Shown piece by piece: positions 61,103 to 64,000 of a stretch of 64,000 bases of DNA (positions within the stretch are counted from its first letter, which is position 1; each line of letters starts with the position of its first letter). The DNA lies in the NCBI RefSeq assembly GCF_009914755.1, contig NC_060947.1, one strand, 5' to 3'. Under the pieces are notes generated by a model. It had not been told where the DNA came from, searched no databases, and was given only the letters and a program-made list of their open reading frames with translations. The translations under genes were made by a program, and so were the position numbers. This DNA comes from the human T2T-CHM13v2.0 reference genome, Homo sapiens.

Positions 61103-61656
61103 TCATCAACTCCCATCTCTGATTGCTAACTCCCTCCCCACCTACAATTCAAGGTTACCCCTCCAGTGGCTCTCAAGAGAAGCTGAGAGAGGCAGGTGCT
61201 TGAGGTAGGATATGAGGTGGTCACCTGCCTGCCACAGCTACAGGTAAGCTCAGGTGGGCCCAGGGACTATGGGGCCACCAGAGGATTCTCCTGCCTCAGC
61301 CTCCCGAGTAGCTGGGATTACAGATGTGTGCCACCACGCCCGACTAAGTTTTGTATTTTTAGTGGAGACAGGGTTTTACCATTGTTGGCCAGGCTAGTCT
61401 CGAACTCCTGACCTTAAGTGATCCTTCCAGTTCAGCCTTCCAACGTGCTGGGATTACAGGTGTGCGCCACCGCGCCTGGCCTGGAAGGAAATTCTGACAC
61501 ATGCTACAACATGGATGAACCCTGAAGATGTTTTACTAAGTGAAAGAAGCCAGACACAAAAGGGCACACATTGTATGAGTCCACTTATCTGAGGTTCCTG
61601 GAAGAATCACACACATTGAGACAACAGAAAGTAGAATGGTGGTTGACAGGAGCTAG

Positions 61657-61962
<306 letters not shown>

Positions 61963-62169
61963 TGATCTGCCCGCCTCAGCCTCCCAAAGTGCTGGGATTA
62001 CAGGCGTGAGCCACTGCACCCAGCCAATTTTGTATTTTTAGTAGAGATGGGGTTTCTCCATCTTAGTCAGGCTGTTCTCGAACTCCCGGCCTCAGGAGAT
62101 CCGACCGCCTTGGCCTCCCAAAGTGCTGGGATTACAGGTGTGAGCTACCACGCCAGGGATAATTTTGAA

Positions 62170-62389
62170 GTGTGCTCCACTCAGTCTCCCCAGCTATCCC
62201 CAGCAGGGGATTGTGAACCAGTTGCCCACAGGGGTAACCAGCTCATAAACACACCATTGGTTTTCTCCCTGCCCTGTCTCACCTCCCCTGCTCTCTCACA
62301 TCTGACACCTGGGGTCATGTCCCAAATAAACCACCTGCACCCAAGTCCTTGTGTCAGCGTTTGCTTTTGGGGGAATGCAAACTAAGACA
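62170..62389 (+). mobile_element. LTR16 (ERVL) 3' fragment
   Basis: CCAGTTGCCCACAG.GGTAACC...CCCAAATAAACCACCTGCACCCAAGTCCTTG...AACTAAGACA. Confidence 0.7.
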
Positions 62390-62937
62390 ATCGAGATGTG
62401 AATGGGGGCTCTGGGAGCACAGGGGAATGGCCTCCAACCCAGACCGGCTGGATCATGTTTTACCAAACAAAAAACCTTTTACCAAACAGAAAGCCTTGAA
62501 CCAAGTCAGATATGAAGCCTGAGTTGGTCAGGCACAGAAGAAGGAGGAGGGATTAGGTTCCAGGGGGAGGGACCTACAAAGGGGAAGGGCACGCCGGTGT
62601 GAGAAATGCTGTAGAACGGCACAGTTCCGAAGGGCTGGACTGCAGGGTATTAATATAATCCCAACCATTGTCAGGGTGGGCAGGGCCAGATCTTTCGTGC
62701 AGCTAGGTCTGGAGTCCATGCCATATTCTGTTTTTTTTAAGTTTATATATATACATATATTTTTGAGATGGAACGTCACTCTGTCACCCAGGCTGGAGTG
62801 CAGTGGCACAATCCTGGCTCACTACAACCTCTGCCTCTCTGGTTCAAGTGATCCTTTCACCTCAGCTTCCTGAGTAGCTGGGACTACAGATACGTGCTAC
62901 CATACCTGGTCAATTTTTGTATTCTTAGTAGAGATGA

Positions 62938-63102
<165 letters not shown>

Positions 63103-63125
63103 TAGGCTGCAATGCAGTGGTGTGA

Positions 63126-63605
<480 letters not shown>

Positions 63606-64000
63606 TAAACGAAAGTTTAGAAATCTTTCAACAAACATTAAAACAACAACAACAACAACAACAAAACACATTTCCACCCTAACTTGCAGCAGTAAATATC
63701 GATGGGGCACCTAGTGTGTGCCAGGTGGGTGTACAGGCAGCACCAGAACCCGGCAGGGAGTCGTTCTCACAGGGGGTGTCTCTGTGCCTGTCTGCAAGTG
63801 GACATTTGCCTGGAAATGAGCCATAGTGTTGATACCAAGTAGAAGAGAAAGATTCAGCTGAACAGAGGGGAAATGGCAGTAAATCTTGCTCTACCCTTTT
63901 CCATCTTGCTCCCTTCCTCTCTCCTCCTTTCTCTCTCCCTCCCTTCTTTCCCGCTCTTTCCTTCCATCCTTCCTTTGTTACTATTATTTTCTGAGACAGG

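Overview
Primate (almost certainly human X-chromosome) genomic DNA containing the complete DDX3X DEAD-box RNA helicase gene on the + strand. It comprises a CpG-island promoter (~820-3420), 17 coding exons (ATG 2338 to TGA 15803-15805; 1989 nt, 662 aa; every junction read from the sequence) and a ~2.5 kb 3'UTR. Two probable downstream 3'UTR exons follow (25917-26074, and an MLT1-LTR-derived terminal exon at ~32358-32555). The remaining ~45 kb is an extremely Alu-dense field with old L1M pieces, LTRs (MLT1A, MER41A, MER4-group, LTR47-like, LTR16), a short SVA and a possible retrocopy end; nearly all ORF-track entries there are Alu translation artefacts. The most interesting unexplained structure lies in the DDX3X introns: a 7-nt poison microexon or recursive splice site in intron 2, a non-Alu ~55-70 bp inverted repeat enclosing three hairpins and overlapping a candidate poison exon in intron 3, a 31-nt candidate poison exon in intron 4, and an Alu whose target-site duplication copied the exon 10 splice donor. 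The 3'UTR also has a hairpin that sequesters a poly(A) signal. Together these suggest, by inference only, an RNA-structure/NMD-based dosage-control system for this helicase. Repeat subfamily names come from recalled consensus sequences, not from a database search.
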